64,000 bases of DNA from Escherichia phage NHEP1, in the sequence record PQ511146.1; one strand, 5' to 3'. How positions within the stretch are numbered: position 1 is the stretch's first letter; each line of letters starts with the position of its first letter. A program made the translations under genes and the position numbers. Under the pieces are notes generated by a model. It ran no database searches. It was not told the DNA's origin and saw only the letters and a program-made list of their open reading frames with translations. Below, piece after piece: positions 54,331-63,423 of the stretch.

Positions 54331-54608
54331 GCCATGCCATTCGTTTGCATGAAAACAATTAACAAGATAACAATTGACAAGCTAACAGCCAACAAGCTGA
54401 CAGTTAATAAGTTAATAAGTTATGACATAATATAAAAGCAGGGCAACTATTAGAAGATCTATAGTTGCCTTGCTTGTTATGTCATGATTAACTAAATACA
54501 AGGCAACTATGATCTGAATAATAGATTGCAGACAAACTATCACGGGGGTGATTGTTACTGCTTTTATATTATGTCGCGACTCCGTCGCGCCATGCCATTC
54601 GTTTGCAT
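54331..54608. repeat. 20-bp direct repeats flanking an 18-bp inverted-repeat element
   Basis: Direct repeat GCCATGCCATTCGTTTGCAT at 54331-54350 and 54589-54608; inverted repeat GACATAATATAAAAGCAG (54424-54441) / CTGCTTTTATATTATGTC (54559-54576); inner palindrome GGCAACTAT...ATAGTTGCC (54442-54469). Confidence 0.75.
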
Positions 54609-55223
54609 AGTTGCCTTATTGTTACAGGTAAAACAATTACATTATTAATTATTTCTTATCTTTCTCTTAGTCATCTAATGATTCCAGTCAGTATAGTAAT
54701 GTACAGTAAACATTAGACGACTAAATATTTCTCTGTGTATAATAACTTATCGTGACAATTTCGAACTGTTTACGAAAAATGTTGACACCTGAGCTGATTT
54801 ATGTTATGCAGTTTACACGAATAATTATTTTATGCAGGTATTGACTATTCCGTTATTCTGTGGTTGGAATAAATACTTTGCAGACTATAGAATGGCGTGC
54901 GTACGTGAATTCTGAGATCTGGCGGCTATAGTTATACTCGATTTTTCGCGTAGAACACGCTTTCGATGCTGTGTAAGTGTATGACTTATAAAGATTTTTA
55001 GTTGTTGACAAGATATTGGAGATGTGCATCAGGTTAAAATTTGTGCAATAGCGGCATTACGTGCACTTTTGGGAGAGAAAACGGGTAAAAATGGCCCTGC
55101 TACCACACAATGAAAGATTATGCAATAGTTATTTTCCATGTATATTTGTACAGTATGTGGGATTGATGGCTAGTCAATTATTCCACTTGCCAGGTAGGGC
55201 CGTTTATGGTAGGAGAAGAGCAG

Positions 55224-55250
55224 ACAAAAAGAAAGGGGCCTTTAAGCCCC
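55224..55250 (-). terminator. rho-independent terminator at end of minus-strand early block
   Basis: Plus strand A-tract then GGGGC-CTTTAA-GCCCC; on the minus strand a stem followed by UUUCUUUUUGU, right after the 55271-55690 stop. Confidence 0.55.
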
Positions 55251-55270
55251 TTGATAATTCAGTTAAGAAA

Positions 55271-55690
55271 TTATAATGATTCGTATATTTCAAAAATCCG
55301 ATTTGCCAGGTCGTTACGGTAGCGGAATTTTTCATCGCGCTTGATCATTAAATCCTTATAGCCGTACTCTTTAAGCACTTCATTAACTTTATAGCGGCAT
55401 ACCTGCATATTATCTTGAGCGTCACCAATAAACTTGTTGCTGTGGTGCATTGCTTTAATTTCTTCTTCCAGGACCAGGGCAACTACCCGGACCGGATCAA
55501 GCTGATAGGCGGTAACATCTATGCGGCATTGTAGACGGCTTTTAACGTCTGCCACCGGATATACTGCAACCTCTTCCCCGTCAACATTGACAATAATTAG
55601 TTTACCATCGATTTCGAATCCTTTCGCCGCCGGACCGTGACAAAAAGCGTTATCAAAGCTATATGCCGGATTATCAGATTTAATGTTCAT
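55271..55690 (-). CDS. hypothetical early protein
   Basis: 139-aa ORF with AAGAGG RBS. Confidence 0.5.
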   Translation of the reverse strand: MNIKSDNPAYSFDNAFCHGPAAKGFEIDGKLIIVNVDGEEVAVYPVADVKSRLQCRIDVTAYQLDPVRVVALVLEEEIKAMHHSNKFIGDAQDNMQVCRYKVNEVLKEYGYKDLMIKRDEKFRYRNDLANRIFEIYESL

Positions 55691-55834
55691 GGTGTTTTTA
55701 CCTCTTAGTTAATTTTCTTACAACTTCCCTTCAAAAAAGAATATAGCAAAACTGCCGATCCCTGTCAACAAGGGATAGCATAATTTTTATGTGATCAAGG
55801 GGCTTTATCGCCCCTGACCATGCAACCTGTTGTA

Positions 55835-56098
55835 TTATTTGTTGCTCATCCAGTTTTCCCAAGCTGCCTGATAATCTGCCTCACTACGGCGGATCTCTTC
55901 TTGTTCTTCAAGCCGGATCTCTTCTTCCAGGTACCCCAAGATGTCAGCCTTTTTAGTCTGGCGCAACATCCAATCGTCTTTTTTGCGAGTAAAGATCTTG
56001 TACGCTTTCTCGCAAACTTCTTTTTTGCTACCTTTTTGGACTTCAAGAATTCTGTAAGCCATGTACTGAACTAGTTTGAGCTGGTCAAGACGTTTCAT
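55835..56098 (-). CDS. hypothetical early protein
   Basis: 87-aa ORF. Confidence 0.4.
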   Translation of the reverse strand: MKRLDQLKLVQYMAYRILEVQKGSKKEVCEKAYKIFTRKKDDWMLRQTKKADILGYLEEEIRLEEQEEIRRSEADYQAAWENWMSNK

Positions 56099-56161
56099 GA
56101 TGTTTTCCTCTTTATGGGGTTCTGGTTTGGTGGGGGCCTTTTGGCCCGTGTCATTATCTTA

Positions 56162-56434
56162 TTACTTACGGCGGCAAAATTCAAGTGTTTTTAATTGATA
56201 ATCTTCCTCAGCCTGGAGTACAACCGCCTCGATCATTTCGTTGGCATTGTTGAAGCCATACCCTTGAGCGAACTCATCCGCGCCACCTTTGTGATCATGT
56301 TCTGCGTTCATCGCTTCCACAAAATGGAATTCAAGATTATTGAGGTAGGGGCTTGATGTTCCGTCCTCTTTTTCGATGAGATCCCAGATAGCGTTAAAAC
56401 GTGATTCGACTTCTTGGTTAATCCAGCTTGACAC
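56162..56434 (-). CDS. hypothetical early protein (acidic)
   Basis: 90-aa ORF. Confidence 0.4.
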   Translation of the reverse strand: MSSWINQEVESRFNAIWDLIEKEDGTSSPYLNNLEFHFVEAMNAEHDHKGGADEFAQGYGFNNANEMIEAVVLQAEEDYQLKTLEFCRRK

Positions 56435-56639
56435 GGCGTTTTCCTCTCTTCTGGTTGTTGTGTGGGCACTTTTGCCCCTTCAAGGTAAATGCTACCCCAC
56501 CACCCGGCAGATGTCAACGGTTTTTATAGTTTTTTATATGACAGGCACCCCCGGTGATTGTCTCCCCCCGTCGCCAGGTGCCTGCCGTGAAATAAGCATA
56601 ACAAAAAACAGGACAAAAACAAGCCCTGTTTTGTAAAGA

Positions 56640-56843
56640 TTAGATGATCTGCATATCCTCCACGATAATTTCTAATTTCCAAATAAGATGATCTAAGCTC
56701 CCTGATAAAAATGATTCCGATACATAACCGCCATCGGATACCGTAGCAAGGATCTCGCCATTTGCTTGCTCTTTGATTTGAACATCCAGGCGGTTAGCCT
56801 TTGCTTTATTCAGGACGGCGATCAGGCGGTTAGCTGTAGTCAT
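56640..56843 (-). CDS. hypothetical early protein
   Basis: 67-aa ORF downstream of promoter 56894-56921. Confidence 0.45.
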   Translation of the reverse strand: MTTANRLIAVLNKAKANRLDVQIKEQANGEILATVSDGGYVSESFLSGSLDHLIWKLEIIVEDMQII

Positions 56844-56893
56844 GGTGTTTTCCTTCCAGTTGTGAGCGGCACTATTGCCGCCCTACGTGATAC

Positions 56894-56921
56894 ATCTTAC
56901 ACTATCCGGCACATCATGCAA
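56894..56921 (-). promoter_or_regulatory. sigma70-like early promoter plus conserved leader hairpin
   Basis: Minus strand TTGCAT N16 TAAGAT, then GTATCACGTAGGGCGG and hairpin GCGGCA-ATAG-TGCCGC (plus 56862-56880). Confidence 0.5.
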
Positions 56922-56927
56922 GCTATT

Positions 56928-57119
56928 TTATACTTCCTCACCTATAAAGTCGGATCTATTCTTCTCCGTCATGCGTTTAAGTAGTTCTTGCATGTTGCTG
57001 ATAGCTTGCAATGTATCTTCTTCCAGGCTTGAATCAAGATAATCAGGATCATTCTTCACCTTGCTATGATTGTGATACCGCAACGCTGCTAATACCTTTC
57101 TAACTTGTTCTGCATTCAT
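56928..57119 (-). CDS. hypothetical early protein
   Basis: 63-aa ORF. Confidence 0.35.
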   Translation of the reverse strand: MNAEQVRKVLAALRYHNHSKVKNDPDYLDSSLEEDTLQAISNMQELLKRMTEKNRSDFIGEEV

Positions 57120-57131
57120 TTTTATTACTCC

Positions 57132-57344
57132 TTAAAACCAGGTGCCAACCGTTTCCAATAGGTCACTGACTACCAGAACAACACCGATTAGCACATATTT
57201 AATCAGGAAGGGGATTAGCGCCAGCGCCGCTACTATGATCCCCATTGTCATGATTATTTTTCTCATGGTTAACGGTTCACGTAAGTTTTTTTTTCCCATC
57301 TTCTGATCCTCTGTTAGCATACGATAGCGATCACGCCGCCACAA
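57132..57344 (-). CDS. small membrane protein
   Basis: 70 aa; hydrophobic IIMTMGIIVAALALIPFLIKYVLIGVVLVV. Confidence 0.4.
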   Translation of the reverse strand: MWRRDRYRMLTEDQKMGKKNLREPLTMRKIIMTMGIIVAALALIPFLIKYVLIGVVLVVSDLLETVGTWF

Positions 57345-57577
57345 ATAGAAGGTAAATCAAAACGGTCTAACTTGCAAGCTATTTTTAAACGAAAGGCAAC
57401 ATAAAAGAAAATTTGCAAACAATCGATCATTGTGTTAGCTGTTGAAACGCTGCCAGCATTAAACACCACCCCGCCCACGGCGTTAAACGTTGCGTTACTC
57501 ACGAAAGCGGAAAGGCAAGCGATCACGGTGGCGATCATAATGTTGCGTTTTGTCAATCTGTAGATGATGTTTTTCAT
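57314..57577 (-). CDS. hypothetical membrane protein
   Basis: ORF 57314-57619 trimmed to MKNIIYRL because the longer start overlaps the promoter; hydrophobic IMIATVIACLSAF. Confidence 0.35.
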   Translation of the reverse strand: MKNIIYRLTKRNIMIATVIACLSAFVSNATFNAVGGVVFNAGSVSTANTMIDCLQIFFYVAFRLKIACKLDRFDLPSICGGVIAIVC

Positions 57578-57617
57578 TCTGTCATGTTGGCGGCAGCATT
57601 GCCGCCCTACGAAATAC

Positions 57618-57645
57618 ATTCTACCCGATTTGTAATTGTTGTCAA
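57618..57645 (-). promoter_or_regulatory. sigma70-like early promoter plus conserved leader hairpin
   Basis: Minus strand TTGACA (plus 57640-57645) N16 TAGAAT (plus 57618-57623), then GTATTTCGTAGGGCGG and hairpin GGCGGCA-ATGC-TGCCGCC. Confidence 0.55.
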
Positions 57646-57646
57646 A

Positions 57647-57916
57647 CTAATTTTTCAAGCTCGACCAGTCAAAACACGGCGGGATCTCGTTAAAACTTGT
57701 GCCCTGTAAAGCACATAATTTTTTAGCAATAGCCGCCGTGACCTGGCGCTGTACGCGCGGATCTGCTACTGATTGGAGAAAGTAGGCGGCTTTATACGTG
57801 ATCATGCTTTCGCCTGTTTCCTTGCTAACATGATGCACTATTTTAGCCTTATCATCTTTTACCAGGGTGTAACCGGATTCGATGGCCTTGATTGCAACGT
57901 CCAATGATATTTTCAT
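57647..57916 (-). CDS. hypothetical early protein
   Basis: 89-aa ORF. Confidence 0.45.
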   Translation of the reverse strand: MKISLDVAIKAIESGYTLVKDDKAKIVHHVSKETGESMITYKAAYFLQSVADPRVQRQVTAAIAKKLCALQGTSFNEIPPCFDWSSLKN

Positions 57917-57963
57917 GATTTATCTCTTTATTGATGGCGGGGAATACTCCCCCGCCTTATTAA

Positions 57964-58134
57964 TTACTCTTCATCGTCGCCGTTATAGTATTCAATGCCG
58001 TTTTCATCGGTTACGGTAATATTAACGCCACCGATAGCAACACGATCACGGGCAAACGTCATGGCTTCATTTAAATCTTCAGACCAAAAAATATTGTGAC
58101 CTTTGCGCGATACGTAAAACATAGTCGGGATCAT
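57964..58134 (-). CDS. 56-aa micro-protein (unannotated)
   Basis: Own translation MIPTMFYVSRKGHNIFWSEDLNEAMTFARDRVAIGGVNITVTDENGIEYYNGDDEE downstream of promoter 58189-58216. Confidence 0.35.
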   Translation of the reverse strand: MIPTMFYVSRKGHNIFWSEDLNEAMTFARDRVAIGGVNITVTDENGIEYYNGDDEE

Positions 58135-58188
58135 GATTTGTTTCTCTTTTGTTGTGAGCGGGAAACCATTTCCCGCCCTATGTGATAC

Positions 58189-58216
58189 ATCTTAAACTAA
58201 TTTAAAACGTTGTCAA
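58189..58216 (-). promoter_or_regulatory. sigma70-like early promoter plus conserved leader hairpin
   Basis: Minus strand TTGACA (plus 58211-58216) N16 TAAGAT (plus 58189-58194), then GTATCACATAGGGCGGG and hairpin GCGGGAAA-TGG-TTTCCCGC. Confidence 0.55.
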
Positions 58217-58446
58217 TTATTTTCAAAAAATTTTTCTGCCGTGATATTCTTCCCGGTAGGGTTCGCTACTTTCAAAATTTTATCATGCACTGGACGCCCA
58301 AAAGAATAAGCGCCGTACACAGTGCACCAATAATCGCCGTCAGGCTGTACTATTACCGCCGCATAGGGTACGCCTTTTTCGTTTTTGCTGACAAAATAGA
58401 TCACATTGCCATTAATAGCCTCAGCGCGTTTAATTTGTTCCATCAT
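58213..58446 (-). CDS. hypothetical early protein
   Basis: 77-aa ORF. Confidence 0.4.
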   Translation of the reverse strand: MMEQIKRAEAINGNVIYFVSKNEKGVPYAAVIVQPDGDYWCTVYGAYSFGRPVHDKILKVANPTGKNITAEKFFENN

Positions 58447-58509
58447 GATGATTCACCTATCTTTATTTTTTCATAGTTTCAGGAGGGGCCTTTTTCGGCC
58501 CCGCCAGGC

Positions 58510-58794
58510 TTATTTATTGATGGCGTGCAGCGGGAAAGGTACGCCAGGTTGATAGATAACTTTTACAACCTCATCAGGGCAAAAGAAGTTACAAAATTCA
58601 CCCCGATAAGCTTCATCTTCTTTTAATTCTTCATCAACATACTCAAAAAAGTAGTCGATGCTTGGATAATCCTGGCCGGGATTATAGTCAACCATTGTCA
58701 GGACCAGTTCAAGATCGTTGCGTAGGATATGCATACCTGCTTTTAAGTATTTTGCTTCCATTTCTACTACATCGCCAACGGTAACAATAGCCAT
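58510..58794 (-). CDS. hypothetical early protein
   Basis: 94-aa ORF. Confidence 0.45.
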   Translation of the reverse strand: MAIVTVGDVVEMEAKYLKAGMHILRNDLELVLTMVDYNPGQDYPSIDYFFEYVDEELKEDEAYRGEFCNFFCPDEVVKVIYQPGVPFPLHAINK

Positions 58795-58998
58795 GGTTTT
58801 AACTCCTATCTATCTGGTTAATGATTGGAGGCCTCACCGCTCCCCCGACACCCTTTATTATCCATATTGTAGGACTTGATGCAAGTACTTCTTTAAAAAT
58901 TTTTAAGCGCCTTGAGGCCGCTGTAACGCCAAAATAATAAAGGCCATGCGGTTGCATAGCCATTAGATGATTATATCGCTGTAGGCCCTGCTGGGGCC

Positions 58999-59349
58999 TT
59001 ATTTTGCATTATTTCCTATATTGCCGCTACGGTACCAGCGTTTACGGTGAAAATGGTAATAATCGCCATCGGCATTAAACATCAGATGGTTTTCAATAAC
59101 CAGCTTACGAAGGTGGGCCGGATCTTGTTCCATTCTTGCCAGATTCTGGCGGCTGTTACGTAAGCGGATAAATTCCATATTCAGGCCGTTGATTGCAGCA
59201 TGGATGTCAAAGTAACCACCTTTGAGACGTTCACGCATGGCGTTAATCTCAACACAATATACAGATTTCTCACAAATCAAGGTATTAGCCAGGGCGCGGA
59301 CCTGGGCAAGGGGGTTAAGCTCATTAAGGTAATATAGTTTTACTTTCAT
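58999..59349 (-). CDS. hypothetical early protein
   Basis: 116-aa ORF. Confidence 0.45.
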   Translation of the reverse strand: MKVKLYYLNELNPLAQVRALANTLICEKSVYCVEINAMRERLKGGYFDIHAAINGLNMEFIRLRNSRQNLARMEQDPAHLRKLVIENHLMFNADGDYYHFHRKRWYRSGNIGNNAK

Positions 59350-59366
59350 AAAATAACCTGCTGAAA

Positions 59367-59672
59367 CTAGTTTGAGAAAACATCGTTCACAATAGCGATC
59401 ACAATGCCGTTCACCTTGTCACGGTCAACAATGCACAAATCACCATAGATCATGTGGTAGTCTGGATGATCTTTGACGGAATAGTCAATCAATGTTTTCT
59501 TATCATCCAGCTTACCAACTTCCATTCTCATAACGATATGAGAATCATCAAAGGCATTATTCCGAAAAGTCATAACCTGACCGCCAGGGCACCCAGTGAT
59601 TTCCACCTCCACGCCGTCTACGATCTGACCATCAAAGAAATAAAGATTATTAGCCTGGATAAACATGATCAT
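59367..59672 (-). CDS. hypothetical early protein
   Basis: 101-aa ORF with AAGGAG RBS. Confidence 0.45.
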   Translation of the reverse strand: MIMFIQANNLYFFDGQIVDGVEVEITGCPGGQVMTFRNNAFDDSHIVMRMEVGKLDDKKTLIDYSVKDHPDYHMIYGDLCIVDRDKVNGIVIAIVNDVFSN

Positions 59673-59717
59673 TACTCCTTTTTTGCACTGATTATTTTAA
59701 CAGGGTTTAAATTTACT

Positions 59718-59760
59718 TTATTGATGGCCCTGGAATCAAGGCCATCTAAAAATAAATTTT
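59718..59760. promoter_or_regulatory. conserved intergenic hairpin element (motif B, copy 1)
   Basis: TTATTGATGGCCCTG-GAAT-CAAGGCCATCTAAAAATAAATTTTA; a 10-bp stem with AT-rich flanks; near-identical copy at 63424-63466. Confidence 0.5.
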
Positions 59761-59959
59761 ACAGGCCTACAATCTCTTTAATTCGTTTTACTGCTGCCTC
59801 AGCGCCTTGAGGGTAAAAATTATGGTAACCAATCACGCGAGTGATACTAATCGCCGTTTGATGATCTTCATAATCACCTTTAAAGATTTCTTGACCGTCA
59901 ATCAGCACGGCAATTTTTTCTTCTTTTTTGAAGTTAATAACGCGGATATTGTTGCTCAT
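59759..59959 (-). CDS. hypothetical early protein
   Basis: 66-aa ORF. Confidence 0.4.
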   Translation of the reverse strand: MSNNIRVINFKKEEKIAVLIDGQEIFKGDYEDHQTAISITRVIGYHNFYPQGAEAAVKRIKEIVGL

Positions 59960-60235
59960 TTTGTTTCTCCTTTCTAGTCTTTGTGGTGGGGATTGCTCCC
60001 CGTTGATTGTTATTATCCATATTCCGGACCGGATTGCAACACCCTAGAAGAAAAATTTTTGAAAAAGTTAAGCCCCCAGGGATTGGGGGCCGTTATCAGT
60101 TACTTACAGCGATAAAGTACATCCCTACGCCTAACAATATTTCAAGAGCGATGATCTCAAGCCATACCGTAACACGGCGCACCTTATCGGTGCGGGGCTT
60201 ATCCTTGGGTGTCATCGTCTCCCCCTTTCCTCCTG

Positions 60236-60454
60236 TTAGCAGTTACGTGGTTTGCAATGGTCCCCAGGAGTATTATCACCACGCACATTACAAGAAAAAT
60301 TATCTCTGTCGTTGTTCGATCCATTGTTATAAAATTCCTTAAGATCAGGCCTGAAAATAAAGCTTTCGTTATTGAATCCATCCCGCCAGGCGGCTGGCTT
60401 CAAATCTTCACTAAATGGATTAATTAACGTGGCATTATTTCGGCTGGCCCACAT
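60236..60454 (-). CDS. hypothetical early protein
   Basis: 72-aa ORF with strong AAGAGGAA RBS; preferred over the overlapping 60199-60381 frame. Confidence 0.35.
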   Translation of the reverse strand: MWASRNNATLINPFSEDLKPAAWRDGFNNESFIFRPDLKEFYNNGSNNDRDNFSCNVRGDNTPGDHCKPRNC

Positions 60455-60836
60455 ATTTTCTATTCCTCTTAAATAAGCGATCCGCCTCAGTTAAACAAAT
60501 CTCATGGGCGTGATCTCTGGTTTTAGCTTCATCGAAAACCTGTTGTGCAAGGCTGCAACGTAGGGAGACTGGAAGATCACTATAATAGGCGTTGACAAAC
60601 GTTTGAGCGTCGTACAGGTCTGAAAATACTTTACCCTTTCTATTATTCCCCTTGTCAACAATTGCAAGGATAACCAATACAATAGTTGCAACCACCCCCA
60701 GGAAAATAGATATAATAAACCATAAAAAGGCGGATCTTCCCATCTTGCCAGCGATCCAGGCGTTAAACAAGGCAACCAATACAGCCAAAATAATAAATTC
60801 CATTCTATGTACCTCTTTTACAGTTCTGATTAACAA
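60435..60836 (-). CDS. membrane protein (two transmembrane segments)
   Basis: 133 aa; FIILAVLVALFNAWIAG and FLWFIISIFLGVVATIVLVILAIV. Confidence 0.45.
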   Translation of the reverse strand: MLIRTVKEVHRMEFIILAVLVALFNAWIAGKMGRSAFLWFIISIFLGVVATIVLVILAIVDKGNNRKGKVFSDLYDAQTFVNAYYSDLPVSLRCSLAQQVFDEAKTRDHAHEICLTEADRLFKRNRKYVGQPK

Positions 60837-60867
60837 TAAGGCGGCAAATATGCCGCCTGTTACCTGA

Positions 60868-61248
60868 TTAAAAATTATCGCCGTAAATCTTTCCGCTTTC
60901 TACCCATACCACCACGCGAGGCATACTATCCCACACGTCTTGTTTTAGATTGAGCGCGTGCAATTCTTCGGTGGTGCTCATACCAGGCACGGGCTGATTG
61001 TATACTGCAAAACGACCACCCGCATAATCATAGGCCAGGGTTAAATCACACTGGATCATCTTTTTGATCATGGCATTAAGCATGGCGTTAGCCGCATATT
61101 GATCACGTTTTAAAGGCAACTCTTTGATTAGTTTGCGATAGTTTTCGATATGGTCGCACACTGTTTCACGCGGAAGATCTTTCATATCTTCACGGAATGT
61201 GACCAGGTTAAACATAACGGTGTCAATAGCCTTGGTAGTGTTTTTCAT
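60868..61248 (-). CDS. hypothetical early protein
   Basis: 126-aa ORF. Confidence 0.45.
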   Translation of the reverse strand: MKNTTKAIDTVMFNLVTFREDMKDLPRETVCDHIENYRKLIKELPLKRDQYAANAMLNAMIKKMIQCDLTLAYDYAGGRFAVYNQPVPGMSTTEELHALNLKQDVWDSMPRVVVWVESGKIYGDNF

Positions 61249-61338
61249 GATGTTATCCTCTTTGTTTTGTGTTGGGGCAAACGTCTTGCCCCCTTGAGTT
61301 TTAATATAGCAGGTTTTTAGGTTATTGCAACACTTTAT

Positions 61339-61962
61339 TTATGAAAAAGTCATCTCACCATATTCATCGACATCAAACCGCCAATCATTGGCCTCGATAA
61401 GGCCGATCAGGTTTTCTGCGGTGAACTGTTCTAGATAGGCCTCCTCCAGGTCTACGTAAACCTTGCGGGATAGCTCCCGTGCCGTCTCGGTGATCAGTTC
61501 TTCCAGGTCTTCCACTTTGTTTTCTTGTTTGGCGGTCAGATCTAGCCAAGTGGTATCAATGTACCCGTTTACAGTGTTTTCATGGCTGTAATGGCTGTAC
61601 TTGTCGCGTTCAATACTGGCGGATAGTTCGCCATCGTGCATTGTGCCGAACAAGTGACGAATTGATCTGAACTTGGTCAGGGCCTTGACTTTACGCAAGA
61701 ATTTTTCTAAGTCTACATTTTCAGCACTGATCGATGCGCCATCGCCTTGACACCAAAAGCCGGACCAATGTACTTCGGTATCTTCAAGGCCGTACTCTGG
61801 AAAGATATATTCTTTGTAGTATTCAATTACATTTTCTGCAAAAAAGTCATCCCCGCTGCGTTCTTCTCTTTCGCGTACCATTTCAATGGCTTTTTCTTTT
61901 TGTTCGTCGGTCAGCACGTCGAAAGATAAATTGTAACCTGTGGTAATGTTAACGGTGGTCAT
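61339..61962 (-). CDS. hypothetical acidic early protein
   Basis: 207 aa, strongly acidic, conserved-looking WSGFWCQGDGASI block; first gene after promoter 62010-62037. Confidence 0.5.
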   Translation of the reverse strand: MTTVNITTGYNLSFDVLTDEQKEKAIEMVREREERSGDDFFAENVIEYYKEYIFPEYGLEDTEVHWSGFWCQGDGASISAENVDLEKFLRKVKALTKFRSIRHLFGTMHDGELSASIERDKYSHYSHENTVNGYIDTTWLDLTAKQENKVEDLEELITETARELSRKVYVDLEEAYLEQFTAENLIGLIEANDWRFDVDEYGEMTFS

Positions 61963-62009
61963 GATATTTTCTCCTGTTTTCTTTGTTAGTGGCGGGAAGT
62001 TTTCCCGCC

Positions 62010-62037
62010 TGCGTGTTTAATTATACTTATTGGGATT
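62010..62037 (-). promoter_or_regulatory. sigma70-like early promoter (consensus) plus leader hairpin
   Basis: Minus strand TTGACA (plus 62032-62037) N16 TATAAT (plus 62010-62015), then AAACACGCAGGCGGG and hairpin GGCGGGAA-AACT-TCCCGCC. Confidence 0.65.
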
Positions 62038-62297
62038 TACTTGTCAACACTATTTTTTAAATTATTGTGGCGCAAAATGTTTAAAATCTCCTCAACGTCA
62101 TCAACACGGCGGCAATTTTTAAACGCTACCAATTGCCCCATGATTTTAATCACTGGGCGGCCTTGCCAGTGCCCCTGAAGAAAGCGCGCCTTGACTTTAT
62201 CGGTGGAACTATCACGCCACCAAATAGCCTTGTTGTTGCAGTAGTAAAAATTATTCAGGATAACATCAACTTTATCAAAATTTTTTAATTTACGCAT
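62037..62297 (-). CDS. hypothetical early protein
   Basis: 86-aa ORF. Confidence 0.45.
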   Translation of the reverse strand: MRKLKNFDKVDVILNNFYYCNNKAIWWRDSSTDKVKARFLQGHWQGRPVIKIMGQLVAFKNCRRVDDVEEILNILRHNNLKNSVDK

Positions 62298-62516
62298 GGC
62301 GTTTACTCCTTTCTCTCTTTGATGTGGTTAGTATAGCTAACCTGTTGACGATGTCAATGATATTTTTAACGCCATAAAACGGCCCTGGGCGATGTTTTCA
62401 GGTTAAAGGGGGGCGATTGCATAGGTGGGGGCCTTTTTGGCACTTACAGGGCCAACCAGGGGCGCTATTCGTAGGATAGAAATAAAAAGCCCCGCACAAT
62501 GGCGGGGCGTTGGTTG

Positions 62517-62714
62517 TTATTTGTCTTTATGGCGGTATCGTTCTGCCTGTCGTTCACGTTCCAAAAGTAGGCAGGGCAATTTACGATCATAATGATTCCG
62601 CCAGATCTTCCCAAACCTTTTTGGCTTATTCAGTTTATTGTTACGCTGTCGGCGTTCTGGCAGCTCTTCGGAATCATGAGGGCGCTTTACAATTTTCTCG
62701 AAATTAATTTTCAT
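62517..62714 (-). CDS. small basic protein (Arg/Lys-rich)
   Basis: Trimmed to MKINFEKIVKRP after AAGGGGGG RBS; RRQRNNKLNKPKRFGKIWRNHYDRK. Confidence 0.4.
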   Translation of the reverse strand: MKINFEKIVKRPHDSEELPERRQRNNKLNKPKRFGKIWRNHYDRKLPCLLLERERQAERYRHKDK

Positions 62715-63057
62715 ATATTCCCCCCTTGCTAACTTCAATATTGGCCTGAATGGCCCGGATACGGCGCTTTATAACTTCCTGATCTGTGTGGTCGTATCCC
62801 CAAAAGTCCACAATTTTTGCGCCCCCAGCCTCCAGGCGGTATAGTGTTTCCTGCATTTTGTAAGCCGGGATCGGTCGCGGTGTTACTTGGTCACCTTCTT
62901 TATTTTTATACTTTATAATATAATCTTCGTTATCGTTGAATTCCCAAAATGGATATTCTGCAAGGGCGGTACTTCCTCTTTCCTTTTTATCCTGGATCTT
63001 ATTTACAATTAAAGCCGTAGCAATAGCGCCAATAATAAAACTAGCCCCGCTGATCAT
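62704..63057 (-). CDS. membrane-anchored early protein
   Basis: Trimmed to MISGASFIIGAIATALIV after AAAGGAGAAA. Confidence 0.4.
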   Translation of the reverse strand: MISGASFIIGAIATALIVNKIQDKKERGSTALAEYPFWEFNDNEDYIIKYKNKEGDQVTPRPIPAYKMQETLYRLEAGGAKIVDFWGYDHTDQEVIKRRIRAIQANIEVSKGGIYEN

Positions 63058-63088
63058 GTTACTTTCTCCTTTCATGGTGTTAATAAAT

Positions 63089-63125
63089 TATCTTTATAGA
63101 TGGCCCTGCAACCAGGACCACCGAA
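63089..63125. promoter_or_regulatory. conserved intergenic hairpin element (motif B, degenerate copy)
   Basis: TATAGATGGCCCTG-CAAC-CAGGACCACCGAAAAATAAC. Confidence 0.4.
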
Positions 63126-63131
63126 AAATAA

Positions 63132-63377
63132 CTATTTCACAATGCCTACAAAACAGATCCCGCCTTCACCTATGTAAGCAATATCGGTCACTTTGTAGTC
63201 GGTTAAGATCTGTTTATTCAGATCATTAATAAAATCGGTCATTGCGTTGGTGTAGTTGTCTTCTGTATCTAAGGCATAATCCCAGGTGTAAACCTTTTTA
63301 CGTCCGAAGCCTTTTACCATGATACGGGCGCTTTTGGTGTTAGTAGGGGCATAATACTTGGTGATTAGTGCTGCCAT
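63132..63377 (-). CDS. hypothetical early protein
   Basis: 81-aa ORF with GAGGAG RBS. Confidence 0.45.
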   Translation of the reverse strand: MAALITKYYAPTNTKSARIMVKGFGRKKVYTWDYALDTEDNYTNAMTDFINDLNKQILTDYKVTDIAYIGEGGICFVGIVK

Positions 63378-63423
63378 GGTTTTAACTCCTCATTAGTTCA
63401 GTGTTAACAGTGTAAAGTTTACT

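Larger units (their letters stand above)
52770..55060. other. about 2.3-kb repeat-rich non-coding region at the convergence of the two transcription blocks (candidate ori/pac/regulatory hub)
   Basis: No credible ORFs; contains G-poor tract, TGACAC cluster, GTTTAC(G/A)C repeats, 18-bp inverted repeats and 20-bp direct repeats (detailed in findings). Confidence 0.6.

Noticed and set aside
60199-60381. 60-aa ORF 60199-60381(-)
   Set aside because: It overlaps 60236-60454 in another frame; the latter has the strong AAGAGGAA RBS. Only one of the two is likely real and the choice stays tentative.
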